From Ruminococcus sp. (GTDB taxonomy: Bacteria > Bacillota > Clostridia > Oscillospirales > Ruminococcaceae), in NCBI GenBank assembly GCA_021203985.1, contig JAJQAB010000093.1:1-56789 (forward strand): DNA of 56,789 nucleotides, in the 5' to 3' direction. Made by a program: the position numbers and the translations under genes. Numbering within the stretch: the stretch's first letter is position 1; each line of letters opens with the position of its first letter. The notes beneath the pieces are model-generated. The model saw only the letters and a list, made by a program, of their open reading frames with translations. It made no database searches and was not told the origin of the DNA. This document shows, piece after piece, positions 30,996-43,368 of the stretch.

Positions 30996-32756
30996 TTGAA
31001 AAATGCAAAAATCATGCTGGGCAACGCAGCCATTGCGCAGGGGACTTATGAAGTCGGCGTAAAGGTCTCCGCCGCATACCCCGGGACACCCAGCACCGAA
31101 ATCAGCGAATGTATCGCAAAATATCCAGAAGTCTACGCAGAATGATCGCCGAACGAAAAGGTTGCCATGGAGGTAGCAATCGGCGCTTCCATTGCCGGCG
31201 TCCGCGCGATGGCATCCATGAAACTAGTCGGCGTCAATGTCGCGTCAGATCCGCTTTATTCGATCGCTTATGCCGGCGTCAACGGCGGATTGGTGTTAGT
31301 CGCGGCGGATGACCCCGGCATTTACAGTTCCCAGAACGAGCAAGACACGCGCATGGTGGCACGCGCTGCAATGGTTCCCGTGCTCGAACCATCCGACAGC
31401 GAGGAAGCGCGCGTTTTTACAAAGCTCGCTTTTACTTACAGCGAACAATATGACACGCCAGTCATTGTCCGCACCACAACGCGTCTCTCGCACTCGCAGG
31501 GCATTGTGCATCCAGAAAAGCGCGAAAAAGTCCCTGACAAGCCCTATGTCCGCAATATCGAAAAAAATGTCCTGATGCCGGCGAATGCGCAAAAGCGCCA
31601 TATTTTTGTGGAACAGCGCCTAAAGACAATGGCGGAGGATGCCTGTCATTTCCCGATCAACCGCATCGAATACCGCGACAAGAAAATCGGCGTAATCACA
31701 AGCGGTATCCCCTATCAGTATGTTCGAGAAGCGCTACCGAACGCTTCTGTGCTGAAACTCGGACTCATTCACCCGCTGCCGCGCAAGCTGATCACGGAAT
31801 TTGCCGCGCAGGTGGAAACGCTCTATGTTGTAGAGGAACTAGAGCCGGTGATCGAGGAGCAGATTCGCGCCTGGGGGATTCCGATGATCGGAAAAGAAAT
31901 CTTCACTGTACAGGGCGAATATAGTGCGGCGATGCTGCGCCATGCGATTCTTCACGAGCCGATTACGGAGAAAAAGCCGGCAGACATACCACAGCGTCCG
32001 CCCATTCTCTGTCCGGGCTGTCCGCACCGCAGCATATTCTCCGTCATGAAAAAATTAAAGCTGCATGGCGCAGGTGATATCACCTGCTACATACTCGGTG
32101 CAGTCGCACCGCTTGGTGTGATGGATTTTAATGTCTGCATGGGCACAAGCATTTCCATGCTCCACGGCATGGAAAAAGCAAAAGGCAAGGAATTTGTACA
32201 GGATTGGGTTGCCATGATCGGCGATTCCACCTTTTTACACACCGGAATCAATTCCCTGATGAATATGGTGTACAACAAGTCCACTGGAACAGTTGTCATT
32301 CTGTACAACTCCACAACCGGCATGACGGGACACCAGGATCACGCAGCGACTGGGAAAACCCTGCAGGGCGAGCCGACCTATGCCATCAACATTTATCAGC
32401 TCTGTCGGGCAATGGGAATCGAGCATGTCTACGAAGTCGATGCCTTCGATACCGAAGCGCTCACAACACTTTTGCAGCGCGAAACCAAACGCGATGCGCT
32501 TTCTGTCATTCTGACAAAGTCTCCCTGTGCGCTGCTGAAGGAATTTGTGCCGAAGGGTACATGCATGGTCTACGAGTCGCTGTGCAAAAAATGTGGACAA
32601 TGTCTTACGCCAGGATGTCCGGCAATGAGCAAGCAGGAAAACGGCATTCCCAAAATCGACAGCAGTATGTGCAACGGCTGTGAGGTTTGCGCGAAGCGCT
32701 GCAAATGGGATGCGATTACACTGATTCCACGTAAAAAAGGAGGGAATGCATCATGA
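30996..32756 (+). pseudogene. iorA: indolepyruvate:ferredoxin oxidoreductase alpha subunit with in-frame TGA
   Basis: MLGNAAIA, AYPGTPSTE, YAE*SPNEKVA (TGA 31143-31145); LCPGCPHR; MKHVG reads MKLVG, GDIGC reads GDITC, LDN reads LYN. Confidence 0.9.
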
Positions 32757-33352
32757 AAACAAAAAATATCATTATTGTCGGTGTCGGCGGTCAAAGAACA
32801 CTTTTGACAAGCCACATTTTAGGCGCAATTGCCCTGACCGGCGGCTATGATGTGAAGCTTTCCGAAGTACACGGCATGGCACAGCGCGGCGGCAGTGTCG
32901 TCACCTTTGTACGATACGGCGATTGCGTTGCTGAGCCAATTGTCGAGGTGGGACAGGCAGATCTTCTCATTGCATTCGAACGACTCGAAGCGATGCGCTA
33001 TGCACATTACTTAAAGCCAAATGGTACGATCATTGTCAATGACGTCCGCATCGACCCGATGCCCGTGGTGACTGGGGCGGCGTCTTATCCGGCACGGATT
33101 CTCCAGGATCTGCGGCAGTCGCATCGGGTGCTTGCAGTCCGCGCAGTGGAGGAAGCGAAAGCACTTGGAAATCCACGCGTATTTAATGTGGTGATTCTGG
33201 GCGTTGCGGCACAGCACATGGCATTTTCCAAAGACGAATGGCTTCGCGTGATCGCGGATACCGTGCCACCAAAAACAGTCGAAATCAACCAGCGCGCATT
33301 TCTCACCGGATTTGCTTACCGTGAAACCGACCAGTCCACAGAACAGGAGTAA
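32753..33352 (+). CDS. iorB: indolepyruvate:ferredoxin oxidoreductase beta subunit
   Basis: GVGGQ(R in place of G), SEVHGMAQRGGSV, N.RAF. Confidence 0.9.
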   Translation: MKTKNIIIVGVGGQRTLLTSHILGAIALTGGYDVKLSEVHGMAQRGGSVVTFVRYGDCVAEPIVEVGQADLLIAFERLEAMRYAHYLKPNGTIIVNDVRIDPMPVVTGAASYPARILQDLRQSHRVLAVRAVEEAKALGNPRVFNVVILGVAAQHMAFSKDEWLRVIADTVPPKTVEINQRAFLTGFAYRETDQSTEQE

Positions 33353-33358
33353 CACATC

Positions 33359-34993
33359 ATGCCGATTACAGATTTATTAGAAGCAAACGTCGTAAACTAC
33401 GCAAATGATATTTGCCTGGTCGAGGTCAATCCACAAATTCAGGAAACCCAGCGGATGCTCTGGAAGGATTACGACCTCATTCAGCCAACCTCCTCCTTTT
33501 GGTATCGCCAGGAAATTACGTGGCACGTTTTCAACGAAAAGGCAAACCGCTTTGCACAGCTTTTGATCAGCCGCGGCGTCAAAAAAAGCGATAAAGTCGC
33601 GATTCTGCTGGTGAATTGCCTGGAATGGCTGCCGATCTATTTTGGCATTCTAAAGACCGACGCTCTTGCCGTGCCGATGAATTTTCGCTACAGCGCATCA
33701 GAAATCCAGTACTGTCTGGATCTAGTGGAAGTGGACGTGTTGGTGTTCGGTCCAGAATTTATCGGAAGAATCGAAAGCATTGCTGAGCACATCAGTCAAA
33801 AGCGTCTGCTGTTTTATGTGGGCGGAAACTGCCCGTCCTTCGCGGAGGATTATGATCGCATGACTGCAAATTGCGCAAGCGTCTCCCCTGGCATTGCCAT
33901 CAGGGATGAGGACGATGCGACGATTTATTTTTCATCCGGTACAACCGGCTTCCCGAAAGCAATTCTGCATACCCATCGCAGTCTCATGCACGCCTGCAAA
34001 GTGGAACAAAAGCACCAACACCAGACAAAGGACGATGTGTTCCTCTGCATTCCGCCGCTCTATCACACGGGCGCGAAAATGCACTGGTTCGGAAGTCTGA
34101 TCTCCGGCGGCCGTGCCGTGCTGCTAAAGGGCGTCAATCCCGAAACCATTCTGCAAACCGTTTCCAGAGAAAAATGTACGATTGTCTGGCTTTTAGTGCC
34201 GTTGGTGCTGGATATCCTGAAGGCGCTCGACAGCGGTGCAGTGTGGCTTGCTGACTATAACCTGGATCAGTAGCGCTTAATGCATATCGGCGCGCAGCCT
34301 GTTCCGCAAAGCCTGATCAAGCGCTAGAAGGCATATTTCCCGAATCATCAGTACGACACGAACTATAGTTTAAGCGAGTCGATCGGACCGGGCTGCGTTC
34401 ATCTCGGTCTAGAAAACATCCATAAGGTCAGCACAATCGGCGTGCCGGGCTATGGCTGGGAGGTCAAAATCATCGATGAAAACGGAAACGATGTCCCGCA
34501 GGGCGAGATCGGCGAGCTGGCGGTAAAAGGGCCGGGCGCTATGAAGTGCTATTATCGTAACCCGGAGGCTACCGCCGAGGTTCTGCACGATGGATAGCTT
34601 TCTACCGATGACATGGCAAGGCAGGATGCAGACGGATTTTATTTCCTGGTAGATCACAAGAAGAATGTAGTCATCAGCGGCGATGAAAATATTTACCCGG
34701 TTGAAGCAGAAAACTTCCTGAGCAAATTTGAAAAAATCAAGGATTTCACCGTGATTGGCATGCCGGATCAGCGTCTGAGCGAAATTGCTGCAGCAATCGT
34801 GGAACTGAAACAGGATGTGACCTGTACGGAAGCGGAAATCGAAACATTTTGCCAGGATTTGCCGCGCTATAAAAGACCGCGAAAAATTATTTTCGCACCC
34901 GTGTCGCGCAATGCAACCGGAAAAATTGAAAAGCCGCTGCTGCGGAAAGCCTATTGCGGCGAGCATTTCATTGAAAAGGAAAATCAAGGATAA
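33359..34993 (+). pseudogene. acyl/aryl-CoA ligase with three in-frame TAG codons
   Basis: FSSGTTGFPK, PLYH; TAG at 34271, 34325 and 34595, all at apparent Trp positions, with no frameshift; NATGKIEK. Confidence 0.9.
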
Positions 34994-35113
34994 CTTTTTT
35001 GCCGTGCAAGCGCCGCCTTGACAAATCTGGAAAAACAGATTATAATTGGAAGGGCGACAATGTACAACGCCAAATAACAACATACTGCAAAAGCGCCTGG
35101 AAGGAGTACAAGA

Positions 35114-36238
35114 ATGGTAGTACAGGATCACAACAGGAAGAAAAATACACAGCTATGGATTCACGCAACAATCAGTGTTTTATGCGGTGTCATTGTTCTT
35201 GTATTCTTAATCGTATTGTTTACACAGACGGGCAAAAAGGAAACGCAGCAAACGCCGGCGGCTGTGAATTTGCAGACAGAGCAAGCGGAAACAGAAGCAA
35301 CGGAAGCGCCGACCGAAGCGCCAACTGATCCGGCACTTACTTATCCCGAAACCTCCTCTGACACGCTGGAACTTACCGCAGCAAACATCACCAGCGAATA
35401 CGCGATCCTACTTGACGTACAGGACAATACGATTTTGGCGCAGCGCGATGCCGATGCTAGAATTTATCCGGCTTCTATGACCAAAATCATGACACTCCTC
35501 GTGGCGGCGGAGCATATCGATAATTTAGAAGATATCTTCACGATGACCTATGAAATCATCGCACCGCTGATTGAAGTGGACGCTTCCCGCGCCGGCTTTG
35601 AGGAAGGCGAAACCGTAACGATGGCGGATTTGCTCTATGGCATTGCGCTGCCGTCCGGTGCAGACGCGACAAATGCTGTGGCGATTTCGATCTGCGGTTC
35701 GGAAGAAGCCTTTGTCGACCTGATGAATGAAAAAGCAGAAGAGTTAGGGCTCGAGCACACACATTTCGTCAACACCAGCGGTCTTCACGATGCGGATCAT
35801 TACACCACCGTCACGGATATCGCGCTTTTGATGACGTATGTGATGCAAAACGATATCTGCCGCGAGATTCTGAGCACCTATCAGTACACGACTTCTGCCA
35901 CAGAGCAGCACCCAGAGGGCATTCTTCTGGAAAGCACGATGTTTAGCCGCATGTACGGCGATGAAGTCACCGGAATTACGATTGAAGCCGGAAAGACAGG
36001 CTATACCGATGAAGCCGGACACTGCCTGGTTAGCTACGCGGAGGGCGAAAGCGGAAAGGCGTATGTTGCAGTTACCGCAGATGGACCGACCTACTGGCGC
36101 GCGATCTTTGACACGTTTGCGCTCTATGGAATCGTTCACGATGGCTATCCTCTGCCGACCGATCTCGCGACAGAAACCGATGAGACATCGACTGACTGGT
36201 CAGACGACCCGGATGCTACGCAGCCGCTGTACGAATAA
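35114..36238 (+). CDS. serine D-Ala-D-Ala carboxypeptidase (peptidase S11)
   Basis: YPASMTKIMT, LPSGAD, HFVNTSGL, KTGYT; TTGACA/TATAAT promoter near 35018-35047. Confidence 0.9.
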   Translation: MVVQDHNRKKNTQLWIHATISVLCGVIVLVFLIVLFTQTGKKETQQTPAAVNLQTEQAETEATEAPTEAPTDPALTYPETSSDTLELTAANITSEYAILLDVQDNTILAQRDADARIYPASMTKIMTLLVAAEHIDNLEDIFTMTYEIIAPLIEVDASRAGFEEGETVTMADLLYGIALPSGADATNAVAISICGSEEAFVDLMNEKAEELGLEHTHFVNTSGLHDADHYTTVTDIALLMTYVMQNDICREILSTYQYTTSATEQHPEGILLESTMFSRMYGDEVTGITIEAGKTGYTDEAGHCLVSYAEGESGKAYVAVTADGPTYWRAIFDTFALYGIVHDGYPLPTDLATETDETSTDWSDDPDATQPLYE

Positions 36239-36302
36239 AATTCGTTTGCATATTTTGCATATTTATGGAATACCTTATAGGGAAGGAGGGTGACTTTCTG
36301 CG

Positions 36303-37328
36303 ATGAGCAACCGAAAAAAAAGGCATTTGAGTCCTGCCGGATTTATCTTCGGACTTCTCCTTGTGATTGCTCTCATTTTTGCAGCGGATGCAATCGTGCG
36401 GTTGTTTTGGCAGCCACAGGAGGAAAATATTGTCGGAACGGAAGGCTTTTCTCTCACGTCATCCTCTTCTGCTGCAGATTCCGCAGAGTCTGACGATGAT
36501 ACGGCGGAGGAAGAGGAATCGTCAGAGGAATCTGAACCGGACGGCATTGTGCTTCAGCTTACGACTGCGGATCAAGCAGAAGGACCACTGATCCTGGTGG
36601 ACGATGCACATCCTTGTACGGGAACTGCAGCATTTTCTGATTTTTCCACAGTCACAGACGAAAATGTCAAGCCGCGAACTATGACACTTTCCATTCGCGC
36701 CGAAATCCAGCAGCCGCTTTGCACACTATTTGACGCATACGCCACCGATAACGGCACTGCAAATCTGCAAATTTATAGCACACTGCAATCGACACTGGAC
36801 GAAAGCTCGATTTACACCAACACGCTCCCCGACCGAAGCACAGGATACAGCTTTGATATTGGTCTGATTACCAGCACCGGCGAGGTTGTTCCGTATATCC
36901 AAAAGCACAATGAATGGATGCTCGCGCACGTCTGGGAATACGGATTTATTTTGCGCTATCCTTCGGATAAGACCGCGAAAACCGGCATTTCCTATGCGCC
37001 GCATCACTTCCGCTATGTTGGTCAGCCGCACGCGATGATTATGTATGAGAATAACTTCTGTCTCGAAGAATATCTGACCTACCTGCAGAGCTACACGATG
37101 GAAAGCGGCGGACTCTCCTACGTGACGGACACGCAGTCCTACGTTATCTATTATGTTCCCGCGGATGCAAGTAGCACGACAACTGTAGAACTGTCGGAAG
37201 ATACTGTCTATACCGTCTCCGGCGATAATCAGGGTGGCTTTATTCTCACCATCACAGCAGACGCAGCGACTGACACAGACCAGACGGAAGCGATCACAGA
37301 AGCAGCAACGGAAGGCGACTTACCATAA
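36303..37328 (+). CDS. M15B/VanY-like protein with a degenerate Zn motif
   Basis: TM anchor; YGFILRYP, HFRYVG.PHA; SxHxxGxAxD reads PDRSTGYSFD. Confidence 0.75.
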   Translation: MSNRKKRHLSPAGFIFGLLLVIALIFAADAIVRLFWQPQEENIVGTEGFSLTSSSSAADSAESDDDTAEEEESSEESEPDGIVLQLTTADQAEGPLILVDDAHPCTGTAAFSDFSTVTDENVKPRTMTLSIRAEIQQPLCTLFDAYATDNGTANLQIYSTLQSTLDESSIYTNTLPDRSTGYSFDIGLITSTGEVVPYIQKHNEWMLAHVWEYGFILRYPSDKTAKTGISYAPHHFRYVGQPHAMIMYENNFCLEEYLTYLQSYTMESGGLSYVTDTQSYVIYYVPADASSTTTVELSEDTVYTVSGDNQGGFILTITADAATDTDQTEAITEAATEGDLP

Positions 37329-37700
37329 TAACTGCAGGACAAGGCATCGACATCGATGCCTTTTTTGCTGCCTGAATTTGCGCAGCAGCGGCATAATTTT
37401 CGGATCGTTCGAACGTTTTTTCTACCCAATCCGCATCTTCCAGCCTACGGGTCGCGCTTCGTCATTTTTTACAAAAAAAGACTTGACACGCGAAATAAAA
37501 TCAATTATAATAGGTGTGCGTTCAATGGATAATTTTGCGACAATAAAATCGATATAGAACAAAGCACTCTCTTTTTTTCGCCCGAAGCTGTAATGCACGC
37601 GTATGTGCTGTGGCGTACGACTGGAAATCAACGCATCATACGTATCTGAACGGCTGGATTTTGTCTGCAAGCAATCATAATGGAAAGGGGTTTTATCTCA

Positions 37701-39799
37701 ATGAATGCAACATGGAAAAAACAATTGCCGGAATCACAGCAATTGCAGCGCTCGTCCCGTTTTGCTGCGGCGCAGTATATGCGGAACCGGCTGTAACAGA
37801 TGATTCCGCCGTTGCTGTGACAACGATGCCGGAGCTCGAAGAGCCGATGCCGGAGGAAGAGGTTGCGGCCATGATCGCCGAGACGATTGACGCTTACACA
37901 ACGACTGTCGACTTCGATGTAGGCACTGCGTCAGAAAGCGAAGCGCTCTACACTGCGAGCGACAGCTATACTGAGGACGGCTTGTTCTCTTATGTCGTTG
38001 TCTCTGAAAAGGCACACATCACTGGATATTACGGCGGCAGCACAGAGGTCGTAATTCCGGAAACCGTCGATGACGCATCGCTCGGTACGATTGACGTCAA
38101 TTACATCGATCCGGAAGCCTTCTATGGCAACCAGGAAATCACTTCGCTTTACATGCCGAATACCGTGGTCGGTATTGGCGCAAACGCGTTTTGTGCCTGT
38201 ACGAGTTTGACGGACATTCGCTTTTCTCCGAATCTTACGGCAATCAATGCGGATGCGTTTTGCATGTGCTCAAGCTTGGTGACACTCGAACCTCCGGAGC
38301 AGCTCAATTATGTCGGTGATGAAACGTTTGCTTACTGTACTGCGCTGGAAACCGTTTCCATTCCCGGATCGCTGCTGTCGATCAGCACCAGCATGTTCAC
38401 CAACTGTACTTCTCTGAAAACCGTGACGATGGGCGAAGGCGTAATCACAAGTTGGCTCGAGTGCGTTTTACAACTGCACCGCGCTGGAAACTGTACAGTT
38501 CCCGGAAACCTCGCTGATTCGTATTTTAGGCAGCGCATTTACCTACAGCGGCCTGCAGGCGCTCAATTTACCGGATACAGTCACAAGTATCGCAAGTGGC
38601 GCGTTTAGCCACTGTCAGAACTTAAAGACCATTCGATTTTCTGCCGGCATGACATCAATCCGGAAGGATACCTTCTCCTACTGCGGATTGGAAGAACTTG
38701 TGATTCCGGAGAATATTACGGAAATCAAATCGGGCGCATTCTCTTGCTGCACCGAATTACGTTCGATCTCACTGCCGGACACGCTGACGGAGCTTGCGGA
38801 TATCGTGTTCTATTCCTGCAGTTCCCTGGACAATGTCACACTGCCGGATTCTCTGACATCGGTCAGCAATAATCTGTTTTACCGCTGCACCGGTCTGACA
38901 AACATCGATCTGGGTAACGGCATTACGTCAATTGGAAACGCTTCCTTCTACGGGTGCACGAGCCTGGCTTCTGTTACCGTTCCGGAAAATGTAACCACCA
39001 TCAGTGACAACGCCTTTGCAGAATGCTCTGGGCTGACCACGGTGACACTTTCGGATTCGGTTACGAAACTGGGAAAATGGGTCTTTATAATGACACGAGC
39101 TTAACTGACGTGACGATCGGAAGCGGCTTGACAGCGCTGGACAATTACCTGTTCTATCGCTGCAGCACATTGGAAACCGTTGGCATTCCGTCAACGATCA
39201 CATCAATCGGACAGTATACATTCGCCGGCTGCAGTGCGCTTGATCAAATCGAAATTTCGGAATCGATCACTTCCATTGGAAAATATGCGTTCTCAAACTG
39301 CGAGTCGCTTGCAGAAATCACCGTTCCGGCAACGGTTACCACAATCGGCGAATATGCGATCGGCTACAACGTTGTCAACAGTGAACTACTGCACAACGAA
39401 AACACAACAATCTATGGCTACTCCGACAGCATAGCAGAGCAATATGCAGAAGCGTATGAAGTTCCGTTTGTTGCGCTCGATGCGCCGACAACTACAGAGA
39501 CGCCAGTTGCAACAACGACAACGCAAACCGATGCAGAGACACCGTCTGAAACAACCGCAACCGGTAATACACCGGCGCACGCGTCTGCTTACGGTGATGT
39601 CAATCTGGACGGCAATGTCAATACCGCAGACGTCATTCTCTTAAACAAGGCAGCGCTCAACCTCGTGGAACTGAGCGATAACGCAAAAGTCAGCAGCGAT
39701 CTCAATTTAGACGGCAGCATCGACTCAACAGATGCTATGATTCTGCTGAAGTTCAACATTCAGTTGATTCAAAAGCTGCCGTACGTTGACGAAACATAA
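37701..39799 (+). pseudogene. BspA-type LRR protein with dockerin, multiply frameshifted
   Basis: Many AF..C.SL..I repeats continuous across frameshifts near 38450 and 39085, possibly also at A6 37716; C-terminal dockerin. Confidence 0.85.
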
Positions 39800-39826
39800 G
39801 CCGAAATTAGAGCAAAATAGATCTCA

Positions 39827-39864
39827 TAAAAAGTGACTTGGTTTTCGATCAGGTCACTTTTTTT
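39827..39864 (+). terminator. intrinsic terminator
   Basis: AAAAAGTGACTTG...CAGGTCACTTTTTTT. Confidence 0.75.
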
Positions 39865-39989
39865 GTTTGCTTCGGGTGAATCCAAAAGCGTTCGCAGATC
39901 CCATATAAAGCCACCGTTTTTTGCACAAAATACTGCTGAAACACCGTGGCTTTTCGCGGTGTTACCGCACTCTTGAAGGTAACCCATTT

Positions 39990-42136
39990 ATGAAAGACAA
40001 AATATTAGGCGTTTTACAGCGTGTCGGACGTTCCTTCATGCTGCCAATCGCACTGCTGCCTGTTGCAGGACTTCTACTGGGAATCGGCAGTTCGTTTACA
40101 AATGAGACGACATTAGAAACATACCGCCTCACAGAGATCATTCACGAAGGCGGCGTTCTCTACACAATTTTTGATATCATGCGCGAAACCGGCAGCGCGG
40201 TCTTTGACAACCTGGCACTTCTGTTTGCGATGGGCGTTGCAATCGGCATGGCGAAAAAAGGAAAAAGAGGTTGCGGCACTGTCTGGCGCAATCGCCTACC
40301 TGATCATGAACACTGCGATCAGCGCATTGATCACTGCAAAAGGCGGCGTGGAGGCGATGGCAGAGAACTCCACAACCAGCACGCTGGGGATTACGACCTT
40401 GCAAATGGGCGGTTCGGCGGTATTATCGTTGGTCTGGGCGTGGCGGCGCTGTACAATCGCTTCTACAAAATCCAGCTGCCACAGGTTCTCTCCTTTTTCG
40501 GCGGCACACGATTCGTCCCCATCATCTGCAGCGTTGTCTACCTCTTCGTAGGCATTCTCCTGTTTTTCATCTGGCCCGTCATCCAAAGCGGCATTGCGCA
40601 TCTTGGGCAACTCGTGCTGCGTTCGGGCTATATCGGCACTTGGATTTACGGGATCATTGAGCGTGTACTCATCCCCTTCGGTCTGCATCACGTCTTTTAT
40701 GTGCCGTTCTGGCAAACCGAATTAGGCGGTTCAATGGTCATTTACGGCGTAACCGTGCAGGGCACACAGAATATTTTCTTCGCGGAACTGGCTTCGAAAG
40801 CAACCACACACTTTTCCGTTTCTGCCACACGGTTTATGGCAGGGAAATTCCCCTTTATGATTTTCGGTCTGCCAGCCGCCGCACTTGCCATGTACCGCAT
40901 CGCAAAGCCGGAAAAGCGGAAGGCTGCCGGTGGTCTGCTACTCTCCGCCGCGCTGACTTCGATGGTTACTGGCATTATAGAGCCACTCGAATTCACGTTC
41001 CTCTTTGTCGCCCCTGCCATGTACGCCGTACACTGCGTCCTCGCCTGGCTGTCCTATATGCTGATACACATTTTCAACGTTGGCGTTGGGATGACTTTCT
41101 CCAGCGGCGCAATCGATCTGCTCCTCTTCGGAATCCTGCAAGGCAACCAAAAAACCAACTGGATCTGGATTGTGATCATCGGCTTGGTTTACGCGGTGCT
41201 TTACTATTTTGTATTCTATGCCATGATCAAAAAAATTCGACCTCAAAACGCCAGGGCGAGAGGCTGATACAGAAGAAACAAAGCTTTACACGCGTCAGGA
41301 CATGCAGCCCAAAAAAACAGCCGCTTCGCCGGCACGCGATCGCATCAGCGCGCTCATTTTACAAGGGCTTGGCAAAAAGGAAAACATCTCCGATATCGAC
41401 TGCTGCGCCACACGCCTTCGTGTCACGGTCATCGATCCCGCTATGGTACAGGAAGTGCTTCTCAAGGAAAGCGGCGCTTCTGGGGTGATTCACAAGGGAA
41501 ACGGCATTCAGGTGATCTATGGACCGCAGGTTTCTGTGATCAAGTCAAATCTGGACGATTTCCTGGATGCCACGTACGCCGACCATCCGGAGAGCTTGCT
41601 CAACGATCCTACGCCTGATCCGATCCGCACTGCGCCGAAGGAAAGCAAAGCGCCTGCAGCCAGAGCGGAAAAAACCGATGCAATCCGGCTCGGCGCACCT
41701 GTAAGCGGTACGGTCGTTCCACTGTCAGAGGTGCAGGACGAAGTGTTCTCGCAGCGAATTCTGGGGGACGGCATCACTTTTCAGCCGTCCGAATGGAAGC
41801 TCTACGCACCGTGTGACGGCACAATGCACATGGTATTCGATACGGAGCACGCGATCAGCCTCGTTTCAGAGGACGGCTGTGAGATTTTGCTGCACATCGG
41901 CATTGATACGGTAAAGCTAAACGGCAAATTCTTTCATCCACAAATCGTTGACGAACAGCAGATCAAAAAAAGGAATGCTTCTCATTACATTCGATCTCGA
42001 TACAATCCAAAACGCCGGCTATTAAACCGTTACGCCCATGGTTCTTTGCAATGGCGATGCATTCGGCGGTATCAAGATCCTCGCCGGCGGCAAAATTGAC
42101 GTTGGCAGCAGCTGCATGCAAATCGACAAAAAATAA
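39990..42136 (+). pseudogene. glucose-family PTS EIICBA with four frameshifts and a TAA
   Basis: LQRVGRSFMLPIA, FFGGTRFVP, PFGLHH, DCCATRLR, LLHIGIDTV; shifts near 40260, 40410, 41235 and 41970. Confidence 0.9.
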
Positions 42137-42393
42137 CGCCGAAGATTTACCAAGGCACAAGACTTTGCAGCAATTTCGCACATTGCACCCACAAAGCACC
42201 TCTCTAGTTTTCGAAATATTCACGAAAAATATATCTTTTGTCACCGAAAACTGCTTGTATTCCCGTTTTTGCCTATGTTATAATAAAAAAGCATGAAATA
42301 CTTTGCCACATGATGCGGTAAAATTTACACCCTTGCGCGCCAAAGCGTTTGCAAAGGCGATCATGAATTTTAAGAGAAAGAAGTGCTTTTGGT

Positions 42394-43356
42394 ATGACAA
42401 AGATTTCTATTTTTTCCGGATTTTTGGGTGCCGGAAAAACGACCTTGATGAAAAAACTCATCGCAGAGGCTTATGCGGGAGAAAAGCTGGTTCTCATCGA
42501 AAACGAATTTGGAGAAATCGGCATTGACGGCGGATTTTTGCAGGATGCCGGCGTAGAAATCACGGAGATGAATTCTGGCTGTATCTGCTGCAGTCTGGTC
42601 GGCGATTTTGGGAAAGCGCTGGTTCAAGTGTTGGAACAGTATCATCCGGATCGCATTCTGATTGAGCCGTCCGGTGTCGGAAAACTGAGCGATGTCATTC
42701 GCGCCGTACAAAAGATTCAGACGCACGATGTTGAACTCGATGGCTTCACCACGGTTGTGGATGCCAAAAAGTGTAAAATGTATCAGAAGAATTTCGGCGA
42801 ATTTTTCAACAATCAAATCACGTATGCAAGCTGTCTGATTCTCAGCCATACCGCAGGATTGTCGCAGGAAAAACTGGACGACTGCGTGCACCGTCTGCGC
42901 AGCTGCAACGCGAAAGCACCAATCGTTACCACAGATTGGGATCAGCTCACCGGCGCACAGCTGTTAGATGCCATGCGTCAAAACAATACGCTCGATGATG
43001 AATTGCAGCAGCTTTTAACAAAACAGCAGCATCATGATCGTTACCACGAGCACGAGCATCATCACCACCACCACGCAGATGAGGTATTCTCCAGCTGGGG
43101 CGTAGAATCTGCGCAGACCTATACGCAGGAGGAAATTTGCGCGGCACTCGAAGCACTTTCTGACGCAGATACATATGGTATGGTTCTGCGCGCAAAGGGC
43201 ATCGTTCCGGCAAAGGACGGCAGCTGGATTCACTTCGACTATGTACCGGGCACACCAGATGTACGCCAAGGCAGTGCTGGCACAACCGGACGGCTTTGTG
43301 TGATCGGCTCTCAGATCCAGGAAGCAGCACTCCAGACGCTATTCCACGCGGAATAA
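42394..43356 (+). CDS. CobW/COG0523 G3E metallochaperone GTPase
   Basis: GFLGAGKTT, ENEFG, GCICC, EPSG, His-rich tract, LRAKG. Confidence 0.92.
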   Translation: MTKISIFSGFLGAGKTTLMKKLIAEAYAGEKLVLIENEFGEIGIDGGFLQDAGVEITEMNSGCICCSLVGDFGKALVQVLEQYHPDRILIEPSGVGKLSDVIRAVQKIQTHDVELDGFTTVVDAKKCKMYQKNFGEFFNNQITYASCLILSHTAGLSQEKLDDCVHRLRSCNAKAPIVTTDWDQLTGAQLLDAMRQNNTLDDELQQLLTKQQHHDRYHEHEHHHHHHADEVFSSWGVESAQTYTQEEICAALEALSDADTYGMVLRAKGIVPAKDGSWIHFDYVPGTPDVRQGSAGTTGRLCVIGSQIQEAALQTLFHAE

Positions 43357-43368
43357 AGGAGGTTGCCG

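Noticed and set aside
37560-37700. Long leaders (also 24050-24137, 30425-30540, 42290-42390, 45530-45660) as riboswitches
   Set aside because: Short stems are present, but I see no recognisable aptamer consensus or terminator platform. An Rfam scan would be needed.
20176-37721. Phase variation at 5' A-tracts (20176-20181, 20746-20752, 37716-37721)
   Set aside because: The tracts are only 6-7 nt and each gene has further independent lesions downstream.
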